From positions 64,001-128,000 of the forward strand of contig CBDCWP010000010.1 of assembly GCA_965223505.1 (NCBI GenBank): a stretch of DNA of 64,000 nucleotides, written 5' to 3'. Both the position numbers and the translations under genes were made by a program. The notes under the pieces are model-generated. The model worked only from the letters and a program-made list of their open reading frames with translations. It was not told the DNA's origin and did not search any database. This document shows, piece after piece, positions 1 through 11,401 of this stretch. Source of the stretch: Planctomycetota bacterium (GTDB taxonomy: Bacteria; Planctomycetota; PLA2; JAEUHO01). Each line of letters starts with the position of its first letter. Position 1 is the stretch's first letter.

Positions 1-3000
1 CTACTCGGCGCCGATCTCCGCCGGAATCTTGAAGAAGATCGCGTACAGCGTCGGCACCACGATCAGCGTCAGCACCGTCGCGAAGCCCAGACCCGCCATC
101 ACCGTCACCGCCAACGAGTTGAAGAACACGTCCGGCAGCAAGGGGATCATCCCGAGCACGGTCGTGAACGCCGCCATGCCGACCGGCCGCAGACGCCCCA
201 CACAGGAGTCGAGGACCGCCACGATCCGCTCCTTGCCGCTCGCGATCTGCATGTCCATCTCGTCCACCAGGACGACGGCGTTCTTGATCATCATGCCGAT
301 CAGGCTCAACAGACCCAGCAGCGCCATGAAGCCGAACGGCGAGCCGGCGGCCAACAGCCCGCCCGTCACGCCGATCAACGCCAGCGGCACCGTCAGGAAG
401 ATGACCATCGGCTGGCGCAGCGCGTTGAACAGCGCGAGCACGATCAACACCATCATCAGCAGCGTGATGGGCAGGTTGCCCGCGATCGCCGCCTGGGCGT
501 CCCCCGAGTTCTCGTACTCGCCGCCCCACTCGAAGCCGTAGCCGGGCTTCATCTCCGCCTTCATCTTGGCTTCGATCTCGGGCATGATCCGCTTGAGCAA
601 CGCGCTCGGCAGGCCGACCGACGCATTGCACTGCGGCGTGATGGTCGAGGCGCGGTTGAAACGCTGGATGATGTGGTCTTCCCACTCGGTCGTGAACTCC
701 GGTGCGACCTGCACCAGCGGAATCGACTCGCGCGCCGCCGGGCTCCAGATCTGCACGTCGCGGATGCTGCCGACGTCGGAGCGCTCGTTCGCCGGCGCCC
801 GCGCCTTGATGGGAATGAGGTCGTCCCCTTCGCGGTAGAGACCGACGTTGATGCCGCCGAATGTGCGTTGCAACGCGACGGCGACGTCGCGTCTCGTGAC
901 ACCCGCACGCGCCGCGCGCGTGTCGTCGATCTGCGGCCGCAGCACCTTGGCCTGCTCGCGCCAATCGTGGCGGATGTCCCGCGCGTGCGGGTCGGCGGCC
1001 ATGATGTCCATGACCAGCCCGGCGAGCCGGCGCAGCTCCGCCGGATCCTGGCCGCGCAACCGCAGCTCGATGTCGGAGCCGCCGCCCGGCCCCAGCACGA
1101 ACGGCGCGCCGTACGCCAGTCCGTCGGGCAAGCTCGACGCCACGAAGGCCTCGATGTCGGCGATCATCCCGTCGATGCGTTCGTAGCCGTCCACCTTGAT
1201 GATCATCTGACCGTAAGCGGTGTTCGGTTGCTCCGGCGCGTACGTCAGCAGGAAGCGCATCGACCCCTGGCCGATCGTCGTCGCGACCGACTCCGTGCCG
1301 TCAAGATTGAGCACGAACTCCTCGAGCCGTGCCAGGTCGTCGGAGGTTCGACGGATGTCGGTTCCTTCCGGCAGCCAGTAGTCCACGGTGAACTGCGGCG
1401 TCGTCGAGCTCGGGAAGAAGCTCTGATCGACGAACTTGAAGCCGCGCATCGCGACCGCGAGCAAGAGCACCATCACGCCGACCGTGACCCAGCGCATCTT
1501 GATGCAGCCGTGGAGGAACGCGCGGTATCCGCGGAAGAACACGCCGCCGTAGGGGTCCTTGTCGTCGTCCGACTCGTCGGCTTTCAGGAGCGTGACGCAG
1601 AAGAGCGGCGTGACCGTGACCGCCAGCAGCCAGCTGAGCAGCAACGAGTACATGATCACCTGGTAGAGCGAGCGACAGAACTCGCCCGTGCTGTCCTGCG
1701 AGGCGCCCAGCGCGGCGAAGGCGAGGATCGCGACGAACGTCGCGCCCAGCAGCGGCCACATCGTCTGTTTCACGACGGCCGTCGCCGCCTCGACGCGCTC
1801 CATCCCCTTCGAGATGTTGATCATGATCCCTTCGGTGACCACGATCGCGTTGTCCACGAGCATGCCGAGCGCGATGATCAAGGCGCCCAGCGAGATGCGC
1901 TCGAGCGCGACGCCCTTCATCTTCATCAAGATGAACGTGGCCAGCACCGTCAGCAGGAGGATCGCGCCGATCAGCAGTCCGCTGCGCATGCCCATCGCGA
2001 AGACGAGCACGCCGATCACGATCGCGAGCGCCTGCAGAAGACTGATCAGGAATCCTTGGACCGCCGCGGTGACGCCGTCGGCCTGGAAATACACCACACC
2101 GGTCTCGATGCCGATGGGCGTGTCGGCCTGGAGCTCCCGCAGGCGCTTGCGGACCGACTGGCCGACGGTGACGACGTTGCCGCCTTGCACTGTCGAGACG
2201 CCGACGCCGATGGCGGACCGGCCGTTGAACCGCAGCATGCTCGCCGGCGGTGACTCGTAGCCGCGCGTGATCGTCGCGATGTCGCGCAAGTAGACCTGGC
2301 TGTCCGCCGCGATGCCCTGGATGCGCAGGTTGCCGATCGAGTCCACGGAGTCGAGTCCCTCGATCGGCAGGATGCGGATGTACTCGCGGCCGATGCGCAT
2401 CTCGCCCGAAGGCTGGATGACGTTCTTGCCTTCCAGGCTGGCGTAGATCTGCGACTCCGGCACGCCGAGCTGCTTCAGCCGGTCACGGCTGATCTCGACG
2501 TAAATGACCTCTTTCTGGACGCCGAAGAAGGTGACCTTGGCGACGTCGTCGAGGAGCAGCAGCTCTTTCTCGAGCATGTCGACGTGGTCCTTGAGGTCTT
2601 TGTAGCTGTAGCCGTCTCCGTGAACGGCAAGGTAGATGCCGAATACGTCCCCGAAGTCGTCGTTCACGATCGTCGGCCCGGCGCCGGGCGGCAGCTTGCC
2701 TTGCGCGTCGCCGACCTTGCGTCGCAGCTCGTCCCAGACCTGTGGGAGCGTCGACTGGTCGTACTTGTCCTGGATCGTCACCGTCAGGATCGAAAGGCCG
2801 GGTTGCGAGGTGGGACGTGACCTGGTCGATCTGGCCCAGCTGCTGGACCGCCTTCTCCATGACGTCGGTGACTTCCTCGGCGACCTCCTGGGCAGTCGCG
2901 CCCGGGTAGGAGGTGATCACCTTCGCGTCCTTGATCGTGAACTCGGGGTCTTCGAGACGACCGAGCGTCTCGTAGGCCTGCCAACCGCCGAAGACGATGC

Positions 3001-3058
3001 AGACCGTCAGAACCCAGGTCGTGGTTCGATGCTTGAGCGCGGCGCCGGCGAGATCCAT
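1..3058 (-). CDS. RND efflux transporter permease subunit (AcrB/AcrD/AcrF family); one +1 frameshift at ~2812-2814
   Basis: N-terminus (LGRLEDPEFTIK..SYPGATA) is in ORF 2483..3058 and the rest (GMLVDNAIVV, GMMIKNAVVL, RLRPVGM) in ORF 1..2781. Removing one G from GGG at 2812-2814 gives continuous VTSTSQPGLSILTVTIQD. Confidence 0.92.
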
Positions 3059-3062
3059 GCGC

Positions 3063-4365
3063 CTACTTCTCCTCGAGGAGTCGGATCTTGGTGCTCTTGG
3101 TGAGGAAGTGCACGCCGGCGGTCACCACCCGCTCGCCGCTCTCGACACCGCTCGAGACGACGATCTGCCCGCCGCCCATGTTGCGCGTCTCGAACCGCGC
3201 GTCGTTCGACGCCGTAGTGTCCCGCCGCGTCGGCCGACTCGGCGACGACCCAGACGTACGGTGTGCCGCCTTCGTCCACGAACAGCGCGTCCGCAGGCAC
3301 CGCGACGCCCTCGCCACGGTCCCCGAAGTTCTTGTCGAGGTACACACGCAGCGAAGCCGACATGCCCGGCATGATGTTGTATTGCTCCGGGCGGGGGAGC
3401 GAAACGGTCGCCGCGTACGTCTGCGTCTTCGGATCCGCTTCGAGCTGGAACTCGTCCATCTCGGCGTCGAACTCCGGGCTGTTCGGAATCTCGAACTGGA
3501 CGGTGACGCGCTCGACGTCCGACTTCTTCGCGCGGGCCGCCAGGCTTTCCGGGATGTCGGCGACCACCTTGACGCGGGTGATGCTCTGTAGACTCACGAT
3601 CGGGCTCTTGGCGCGAACGTCCTTGTAGTTGTCCACGTAGCGCTTGGCGATGACGCCATCGAACGGCGCGGTGAGCGTCGTGTCGTCGAGCGCGTTCTGC
3701 GCTTCGGTCTGTTGCGTCACGAGACCGCGGATGAGCGCTTCCTGCGCGTCGAGGTCCTCCTGCCGGGCGCCGGCCTTGCCCCGCTGGAGCGCGTCCGTCG
3801 CCGCGTCGAACTCGTCCTTGGCGAGGTCCGCTTTCAGCTTGATCTGATCGAACGCGCTCTTGGAGATTCGCCCCTTGTCGGCCAACGGCTGGTTGCGCTC
3901 GACCTCCTTCTGCGCGAGCTCCCAGGCCGCCTTCGCGGCGGAGACCTGGTTCTCGAGAATGCGGATGTCCTCTGCGCGCTCGCCCGCCTTCATCTTCGCG
4001 AGCTGCGCGCGGGCCTGCTCGAGCTGGGCCGTGATCTTGAGGAGCGCGGTTCGATAGTCGCGCTGGTCGATCTGCGCGAGCACGTCGTTCTTCTTGACCT
4101 CGTCCCCGGCCTTCACCGGCAGCGCGACGAGGGGACCGGAGACACGGAACGAGAGATCGACCTCGTCCTGGGCGCGAACGACGCCCGGGAACGCGCGCTT
4201 GACGGCCGCCGAAACGGACTCGACCACCTCCGTCTTGGCCGGTCGCACCGGCGGCGGGGCCTCGCCCGGATCCGTATCGGGGTCGTACGTGAAGGCGAAG
4301 ATCGCGCCTCCGACCATGAGGACACCGCCCACCAGCAACCCGACCATCTTCGGCCGACCCAGCAT
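3063..4365 (-). CDS. RND efflux membrane fusion protein (periplasmic adaptor); +1 frameshift at ~3193
   Basis: N-terminal TM anchor, LSFRVSG, coiled coil, LTAPFDGVI. The C-terminus GVESGERVVTAG lies in ORF 3063..3347, and removing one A at 3193-3194 joins the frames. Confidence 0.9.
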
Positions 4366-4495
4366 GCCGCCCTCCTTCCGTCCGCTCGCAGCTCGAAGGC
4401 ATGGTAGTGGCCGGGCGCCGTCGAATGCGACCCCCTTGATTGCTCAATCTTCGAACGTACTTGCCTCAAAGCGCGCGGATGGGTAGAGGGGCGCC

Positions 4496-5171
4496 GTGAC
4501 CGACTTGTCTGCCAACCCGACATCGTCGGGGCGCCGATACGCGTTGCTGCTCGCTGCGATGGTCGTGTTCATCGTGGTTTGGCCCGCGTTCGCGCCGCAG
4601 GCGCACGAATCGCGGTGGATTCGCATGGCGCTGCTGAGCGCCGTCCTGTCGATCGCCTTTCTGGTCACGCCCCCAGGGCGCATGCGGCGTGTCGTCATCG
4701 TCATCATCGCCGCGGAGCTCGCGGCGGGGTGGGCGGCGCAGTTCACCGACGACACATTCGTCTTGCTGGGCCGCTATGTGCTCGGTGTCGCCTTCAACGT
4801 CTTGATGGTGACGATCATCCTTCGTTTCGTGCTCGCGCACGGACGGGTCACCACCGAACGCATCGTCGCGGCCCTTTGTGCCTACTTGTTCCTCGGGGTT
4901 CTCTGGGCCGATCTGTACGGCGTCATCGAGGTGCTCGACGGACCGGCGTTTCGTTTCCCGGACGCGACGGGCGGAACCGACACGGCGCTCACCTACGTCA
5001 GCTTCGTGACGTTGACGACGCTCGGCTACGGCGATGTGACGCCGGTCCATCCACTCGCACGGTCTCTCGCCATTCATCGAGGCCGCGACCGGCCAGATCT
5101 ATCTCGCCGTCCTGGTCGCCCGCCTCGTCGCGCTGCAGATCGCGCACGCCACGCGCCGGCCCGTCGACTAG
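4496..5171 (+). CDS. Potassium channel family protein (Ion_trans_2-like); +1 frameshift at ~5073
   Basis: Selectivity filter TLTTLGYGDVTP. Removing one T at 5073-5074 restores the inner helix IIEAATGQIYLAVLVARLV, ending at TAG 5169-5171. Confidence 0.85.
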
Positions 5172-5192
5172 GACCGCAGCAGAACGAGTTCT

Positions 5193-5666
5193 CTAGTCCA
5201 GGTTCTCGCGCGCCTTCACGAGTAGGCGATTGAGCTCGGCCAGCTCCTTGCGGGACATGTGTCCGAGCAGCTGCTTGTGGGACTTCACGAGCGGTTCGTC
5301 GAGACGCTTCAGGAGGCTGAGACCCTTGCGCGTGACGCGCGCTCGAACGACGCGGCGGTCGTTCGCCGAGCGGTCACGCTTCGCCAGGCCGGCGCGCTCG
5401 AGACGATCGAGCAGGCGCGTGATGTCCGGCACTCGCGTGACCATGCGATCCGCGACGGCCAAGGAGGGCAGCCCGTCCGGTCCGGCGCCGCGCAGAATTC
5501 GCAACGCGTTGTACTGCGGCTCGGAGATGCCCTGTGCCTTGAGCAGCTGGCGAATGGTGCCGTGCAATCGGTCGCACGTTCGCCGCAGGTTCAGGAACGC
5601 CTCCACTTCCGGGGACGCGAACGGCTTGGTCTGCTTCAACTCGGCTTGGAGGCGGGACTCGGGCAC
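5193..5666 (-). CDS. MarR family transcriptional regulator
   Basis: QYNALRILRG, DITRLLDRLE, DRRVVRARVTRKG winged-helix signature. Confidence 0.9.
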   Translation of the reverse strand: MPESRLQAELKQTKPFASPEVEAFLNLRRTCDRLHGTIRQLLKAQGISEPQYNALRILRGAGPDGLPSLAVADRMVTRVPDITRLLDRLERAGLAKRDRSANDRRVVRARVTRKGLSLLKRLDEPLVKSHKQLLGHMSRKELAELNRLLVKARENLD

Positions 5667-5743
5667 GCCAAAACGCTACCAACGCCATCTATTGTTGCAA
5701 CGACGAAATGCGCGAGCCGGGCAAATGGTCACGCTGAGGACGG

Positions 5744-6359
5744 TCAGTCGCCGCTCATCTCGCGCTCGACTTCCCGACGCAAGTCTCCGTCAAGCTCCAA
5801 CTCGTCCAGGAACTCCTGGAGACGTTCCTTGTTCCGGCGTTCGGCGCGGTCAGCCGCCCACAACGCGAACACGAAAAAGCCGATCAGTGCGACGCCGATG
5901 ACGATGCCGAGCGTGGCCTGACCCGGTGCGCGTCGGGCCATGCGGGCGGCGACGCGTTCGATGGGGGAGACGTTATTGATGTCCACGGGGCCCGGCCCGA
6001 CCTGTTTCATGCGAACCAGCCCCCAGATGCCGGCGCCAACGGCAATGAGCGCGCCGATGATCGAGGCTTCGCGCATGAACGGGATGAAGAACAAGACGAC
6101 GGCCGAGATGCCGGCGTAGAACGACGTCGCACACAACTTCGCGGCCTTCATGCGGTTGCGGCCTTCGGCCTTCTCGGGGCTGAGGCCCAGGTCCCTTTGC
6201 GGACGCGCGCGACGAACCTGTCCGACGATGCCGTACGAGTTTGGGTACCTTCTTGGGCGTGTTGGCGATGTCGACGAAGATCGCCTGCCCGCACGACGGA
6301 CACGCGGTCGTCCCGGACTCGACCTGCGTACCGCAAGCATCACACGATTGCGTCGTCAC
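5744..6359 (-). CDS. Zinc-ribbon membrane protein; +1 frameshift at ~6240-6242
   Basis: CDACG..CPSCG in ORF 5973..6359 joins the TM-containing ORF 5744..6343 if one T is removed from TTT at 6240-6242. Confidence 0.6.
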
Positions 6360-6390
6360 ATCGACATGCTACGTCGTCGCGAACGTCGCG

Positions 6391-6482
6391 TGTAGGGGCG
6401 ACCCTCGTGGTCGCGCAATCGTCCGTCGGCGAGGACGAACCCATTCGCGATTGGGCAGCCACAAGGGCTGCCCCTGCGCTAC
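6391..6482. repeat. REP doublet (GTAG family)
   Basis: GTAGGGGCGACCCTCGTGGTCGC followed by the inverted copy GGGCAGCCACAAGGGCTGCCCCT; same family as 14768 and 21900. Confidence 0.8.
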
Positions 6483-7402
6483 GAATCCGGAAACAATCCT
6501 TCGACACTCAAATAGCGCTGCCCGGTGTCGCAGAACACGCACACGATCGTCTTGCCGTTCCACTCGGGCCGGTTCGCCAAGCGCGTCGCCGCGATCGCGG
6601 TCGCGCCGGACGAGATGCCGACCAACACGCCCTCCGTGCGCGCGATCCGACGACAGGCCTCGAAGGCGTCGTGTTCGGACACCAAAACGATCTCGTCGAT
6701 GAGGTCGCGCTCGAGGATCGGCGGCTCGAATCCCGGCGCGGTGCCCATCATGCGGTGCGGATGAAAGACGCCCTGCGAGATGAACGGGGACTCCTCCGGC
6801 TCGACACCCACCGTGTAGAACCCCGCCTTGCGCGGCTTGATCGTGCGGGCCGTCCCGACCAACGTACCGCCCGTGCCGAGGCCTGCGACGAGCGCGTCGA
6901 TCTCGCCGTCGGTGTCCGCCCAAAGCTCTTCCGCCGTGGTCTCGGCGTGCGCCTTCACGTTGCTCGGATTCTCGTGCTGCTCGATGTAGAAGGCCCCGCG
7001 GTCCTGCGCGATGAACTTCGCCTCCTCGCGCGCCGCCTTCGTGCCGCCCTCCCTCGGCGTCAACACCAGCTCCGCGCCGAGGGCGACGAGCACTTGGCGT
7101 CGCTCGAGCGACTGAATCGCCGACATGACGAGCACGCAGTGATAGCCGCGCGCCGCGCACAACATGGCGAGCGCCATGCCGGTGTTGCCGCTGGTGGCCT
7201 CGACCACCGTCCCGCCGGGCTTCAAGATGCCGCGCTCTTCCGCGTCACGAACCATGAACAGGACCGGGCGGTCCTTGATCGAGTACGGATTGAACAGCTC
7301 GAGCTTCGCGAGCAGCGTTGCCGGGCAGTCCGGCGCGTAGCGCCGGAGCCTGAGCAACGGCGTACCGCCGATCGCCTGCGAAATATCGTCGAGGACCCTC
7401 AC
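6479..7402 (-). CDS. cysK: Cysteine synthase A (PLP-dependent)
   Basis: IGGTPLLRL, SIKDR, EATSGNTG, GLGTGGT, GISSGA; start taken as GTG at 7402 inside the long ORF 6479..9061. Confidence 0.92.
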   Translation of the reverse strand: MRVLDDISQAIGGTPLLRLRRYAPDCPATLLAKLELFNPYSIKDRPVLFMVRDAEERGILKPGGTVVEATSGNTGMALAMLCAARGYHCVLVMSAIQSLERRQVLVALGAELVLTPREGGTKAAREEAKFIAQDRGAFYIEQHENPSNVKAHAETTAEELWADTDGEIDALVAGLGTGGTLVGTARTIKPRKAGFYTVGVEPEESPFISQGVFHPHRMMGTAPGFEPPILERDLIDEIVLVSEHDAFEACRRIARTEGVLVGISSGATAIAATRLANRPEWNGKTIVCVFCDTGQRYLSVEGLFPDS

Positions 7403-7446
7403 GCGCCTGACTCTCCCACACCGGGAACAGCGTACAGCGCGGGCCG

Positions 7447-9384
7447 CTACGACCGAATGCGTTTGATCTTGCTGACGGGTTTGGAGGCCATGCGGTTGCC
7501 TCGTGCACCCACACCGGTCGTTTCGAGCTGGTCCAGGTCGAATTCGGCCTCGTTGATGCGCTGTCGCTTCTTCGGAACGAACGTGAGGTGAACCCGCCCC
7601 AGGTCGGGTACGTCGAACAAGCCTTCCTTGCGGGTCCTCTCGCCGAGCAGATAGTCCACCCGTCCGCCTTCCCCCTTGATCAGGCGGTACTCCCGTCCAC
7701 GGATGTACTTGTGGATGTGGACCTTCTTGGCGTACGCGAACTTCTTCGCGTCCCGATAGACGACCGTGAACACGTTGCCGACCTCTTCGTCGAAGGCGGC
7801 GCAGTGAAGCGCCTTGCCGGGGATGAGGACCTTCTCTTCGGGGCCGAGCACTCGATAGGTTCCGTCGCTCGACACGATCAACACGCGGTCGTACTCGCTC
7901 ATCGTGAACTGGTGCGTGCCGCTCTTCACCGCCGTGCCGAAGAAGCCCGATTCCGGGTCGTAGCAGGCGCGGATGTTCTGGCGCGCGACCGTGCGCTTGT
8001 CGACCGAGTCGAACGTCGTGATCGTCGTGCGCCGCGGCCACCGGTCGCCGTGCCGCTTCAACAATCCCTCGAGGAAGGCGATGGACGTCTTCGTCAGGTT
8101 GCGCAGCTTCGACTTCACCGACGTGATGGACTTGACGATCTCCTCGACCTGCGTGCGGGACTTCTCGATGTCGTACGCCGAGATGCGGCGGATGCGGATC
8201 TCGAGCAGCCGGGTCACGTCTTCGTCGATCATGGGGCGGACGAAGAGGTCTTCGTGCTCGTGCATGCCGTCCCACACCTCTTTGCGGACCGCCTCGCGCG
8301 TCTTCGCCTTCTCGATGCGCTTGTACACGCGCTGCTCGATGAAGATCTGCTCGAGCGTGAGCCAGTGCTGCTTGTCGAGCAGCTCGTTCAGCTCCCAGGT
8401 GAGCTCCGCCTTGATGAGCTTCTTGAGCTCCGCGGTCGCGTCCTCCAGCACCTCCGTCACCGAGAGCTGCGCGGGATGGCGGTCGCGAATGACCGTGATG
8501 GCCGACGCCAGGCTGACCTCGCAGTTCGTGTAGGCGTACAGCTGCGGAATCGTCTCCTTCGCGGTCACGCCCCGCGGCAGGGAGACCTGGATCTCCGCCT
8601 TGTCGGTCGTGTAGTCCTGGATCGAGCCGATCTTGATCGTGCCCTTCTGCGACGCGGTCTCCAGCGAGGCGATCAAGGACTCGGTCGTCGTGCCGTAGGG
8701 CACCTCGGTGATGACGATCGTCTTCGAGCCCTTCGCCTCCATGCGCGCGCGCACCTTCACGCGGCCGCGCCCGTCGTCGTACTCGCTGACGTCGATCAGC
8801 CCGCCTTGCGGAAAGTCGGGATGCAGCTCGAACGGCTTCTTCCGCAGCAGCGCGATCTGCGATTCGAGCACTTCGACGAAGTTGTGGGGCAGCACGCGGG
8901 TGGACATGCCGACGGCGATGCCCTCGATGCCGAGCAGCAGCGCGACGGGGATCTTGGCCGGCAGGTTCACGGGCTCCTGCTTGCGTCCGTCGTAGCTGGC
9001 CGACAGCTCGGTGAGGTTCTTGTTGAACAACGTCTCGAGCGCGAGCGGTGTCAGCCGGCATTCGATGTAGCGTGCGGCCGCCGCGGGGTGTCCGGTGATG
9101 ACGCTTCCGAAGTTCCCCTGTCGCTCGATGAAATAGTCCTTATTGGCGAGAACCACGAGCGCGTCGCCGATCGAGGCGTCGCCGTGGGGGTGGAGCTTCA
9201 TCGTCTCGCCGATGACGTTCGCCACCTTGTGGAACTTGCCGTCGTGCATCTCGTGCAGCGTGTGCAGAATGCGTCGCTGCACCGGCTTGAAGCCGTCGCG
9301 GATCTCCGGAATCGCCCGATCCACGATCACGTAGCTCGCGTATTCCAGGAAGTTGCGCTCCATGAGCTTGCTGAGCTGAACCAT
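7447..9384 (-). CDS. parC: DNA topoisomerase IV subunit A (short GyrA/ParC type)
   Basis: DGFKPVQRRIL, HPHGDASI, catalytic AAARYIE; short C-terminal domain with no GyrA box seen. Confidence 0.88.
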   Translation of the reverse strand: MVQLSKLMERNFLEYASYVIVDRAIPEIRDGFKPVQRRILHTLHEMHDGKFHKVANVIGETMKLHPHGDASIGDALVVLANKDYFIERQGNFGSVITGHPAAAARYIECRLTPLALETLFNKNLTELSASYDGRKQEPVNLPAKIPVALLLGIEGIAVGMSTRVLPHNFVEVLESQIALLRKKPFELHPDFPQGGLIDVSEYDDGRGRVKVRARMEAKGSKTIVITEVPYGTTTESLIASLETASQKGTIKIGSIQDYTTDKAEIQVSLPRGVTAKETIPQLYAYTNCEVSLASAITVIRDRHPAQLSVTEVLEDATAELKKLIKAELTWELNELLDKQHWLTLEQIFIEQRVYKRIEKAKTREAVRKEVWDGMHEHEDLFVRPMIDEDVTRLLEIRIRRISAYDIEKSRTQVEEIVKSITSVKSKLRNLTKTSIAFLEGLLKRHGDRWPRRTTITTFDSVDKRTVARQNIRACYDPESGFFGTAVKSGTHQFTMSEYDRVLIVSSDGTYRVLGPEEKVLIPGKALHCAAFDEEVGNVFTVVYRDAKKFAYAKKVHIHKYIRGREYRLIKGEGGRVDYLLGERTRKEGLFDVPDLGRVHLTFVPKKRQRINEAEFDLDQLETTGVGARGNRMASKPVSKIKRIRS

Positions 9385-9393
9385 GATGCGGCG

Positions 9394-11226
9394 TTACCCC
9401 GTGGGTTCCGAGATGAGGTTCTTCTCGATGAACGTGCGCCGGTCCGGCGTGTTCTTGCCCATGAAGAAGTCGAGCGAGCTCGAAACGTCCCCCATGTTCT
9501 TCACGACGACCTCGGTCAGGCGGATGTCCTCGCCGATGAAGCCGTTGAACTCCTTCGGGCTGATCTCGCCGAGGCCCTTGAAGCGCGTCACCTCCGGGTG
9601 CGTGATGTCCTTCAGCGCCTGATCGCGCTCCGCTTCGCTGTAGCAGTAGCGCGTCTCCTTCTTGTTGCGAACCCGGAACAGCGGCGTCTCGAGGATGAAG
9701 AGGTGCCCGGACGTGGCCAGCTCCTCGAAGTAGCGCATGAAGTACGTGAGCAGCAGGTTGCGGATGTGCATGCCGTCCACGTCCGCGTCGGTCGCGATGA
9801 CGACGTGGTTGTAGCGTAGCCCCTCGATGCCGTCCTCGATGCCGAGCGCGCGCATGATGTTGTAGAGCTCTTCGTTCTTGTAGACCGCGTCGCGCTTGAG
9901 GCCATGGGTGTTGAGCGGCTTGCCTCGCAGGCTGTAGATGGCCTGGGTCTGGACGTCGCGCGACTGCACCATGGCGCCGCCGGCCGAGTCGCCCTCGGTC
10001 AGGAAGATCATTGTCTCGGCGCGTCGCTTCGCGCGCGGGTCGTTGAAGTGCTGCTTGCAGTCGGTGAGCTTGGGAATGCGGATCGCCACCTTCTTCGCGC
10101 GCTCGCGCGCCTGCTTCTTGATCGACGCGAGCTCCTTGCGCACGCGCTCGTTGGCCTTCACCTTGGCCATCAGGGCGTCGGCGGCCTTCTGGTTCTTGTG
10201 CAGCCAGAGGACCGTCTGCTCCTTGACGTCCTTGACGATCCAGGAGCGCACCTCCGTCGAGCCGAGCTTGTTCTTCGTCTGGCTCTCGAAGACCGGATCC
10301 TGCAGCTTCACGGCGACGGCGCCGACGAGGCCGTCGCGAACGTCCTCTCCGGCGAAGTTCTTGCCGGCGAACTCGTTGACGCCCTTGAGCATGCCCTCGC
10401 GGAAGGCGCTTTGGTGCGTACCGCCGTCGTTCGTGTACTGGCCGTTCACGAAGCTGAAGTACGTCTCGCCGTAGGTGTTCGTGTGCGTGAAGGCGAACTC
10501 TAGCCGGTCCATGCGGCAGTGGGCCGCGTCGTACAGCGCCTGCTCGGCGCCGATCTCGTCTGCGAGAAGGTCGGACAGCCCGTTCTTGCTGACGTAACGA
10601 ACCGGCTTGCCTTCGGGCCCGTGGTAGACGAGTGTCAGTCCGCTGTTGAGGTGCGCGTAGTAGCGCAGGCGGTGCGCGAGGAGCTCCTCGTCCCAGACGA
10701 AGTCGCCGAAGATCTCCGGGTCGGGCGTGAAGGAGATGAGCGTGCCGTCGCGCTCGTCGGCCTTGCCGCGCTTCTTGCCGATCAGCTTGCCCTGGCGAAA
10801 GCCGGCGGCCTGGTACTTCTTGTCGCGCCAGCTACAGACGCGGAACTCGGACGAGAGCGCGTTGACGGCCTTGGTGCCGACGCCGTTCAGGCCGACCGAG
10901 AACTGGAATACGTCGTCGTTGTACTTGCCGCCGGTGTTGATCTGGCTGACGCAGTCGACGACCTTGCCGAGCGGAATCCCGCGGCCGTAGTCGCGGACGG
11001 TCATCGTGGGGCCGTCGCGGAAGATCTCGATCCGCTTGCCGGCGCCCATGATGAACTCGTCGACCGAGTTGTCGACGACCTCCTTGAGCATCACGTACAC
11101 GCCGTCGAGCGCGTGCGTCCCGTCGCCCACGCGGCCGATGTACATACCGGTTCTAAGGCGGATGTGCTCGAGCGCGTCCAGGGTCTGGATGGCGCTCTCG
11201 TCGTACTCGACCTTCTTCTTGATCAC
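9394..11226 (-). CDS. parE: DNA topoisomerase IV subunit B (GyrB/ParE type)
   Basis: EVVDNSVDE, DYGRGIP, GLNGVG, TEGDSAGG, LRGKPLN, TDADVDG, RFKGLGE; start codon uncertain. Confidence 0.88.
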   Translation of the reverse strand: MIKKKVEYDESAIQTLDALEHIRLRTGMYIGRVGDGTHALDGVYVMLKEVVDNSVDEFIMGAGKRIEIFRDGPTMTVRDYGRGIPLGKVVDCVSQINTGGKYNDDVFQFSVGLNGVGTKAVNALSSEFRVCSWRDKKYQAAGFRQGKLIGKKRGKADERDGTLISFTPDPEIFGDFVWDEELLAHRLRYYAHLNSGLTLVYHGPEGKPVRYVSKNGLSDLLADEIGAEQALYDAAHCRMDRLEFAFTHTNTYGETYFSFVNGQYTNDGGTHQSAFREGMLKGVNEFAGKNFAGEDVRDGLVGAVAVKLQDPVFESQTKNKLGSTEVRSWIVKDVKEQTVLWLHKNQKAADALMAKVKANERVRKELASIKKQARERAKKVAIRIPKLTDCKQHFNDPRAKRRAETMIFLTEGDSAGGAMVQSRDVQTQAIYSLRGKPLNTHGLKRDAVYKNEELYNIMRALGIEDGIEGLRYNHVVIATDADVDGMHIRNLLLTYFMRYFEELATSGHLFILETPLFRVRNKKETRYCYSEAERDQALKDITHPEVTRFKGLGEISPKEFNGFIGEDIRLTEVVVKNMGDVSSSLDFFMGKNTPDRRTFIEKNLISEPTG

Positions 11227-11401
11227 GGTCTCCCTCTCGACTCGCTTCGCTTGCTCGAGGACTGGGTCCTCTCGGGAAGCACAGGCCCGGCTCGATGGGT
11301 TCGGGGCCTGCGACCCTCTTATATGGATCGGGCCGACGGCCCGCAGACTCCATGGCGAAGGGCCTCGTCGCCGCGCGCCACGCGAGTAGAATCCGCGCCC
11401 C

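Noticed and set aside
1..6359. Programmed frameshifting or phase variation in the RND, channel and zinc-ribbon genes
   Set aside because: No slippery heptamers or long repeat tracts; the runs are only 2-3 nt, so sequencing error is simpler.
7403..9061. 860-aa ORF suggesting a long N-terminal fusion to cysteine synthase
   Set aside because: The extension is an Arg/Ala-rich alternative frame overlapping parC; cysK homology begins at ~7402.
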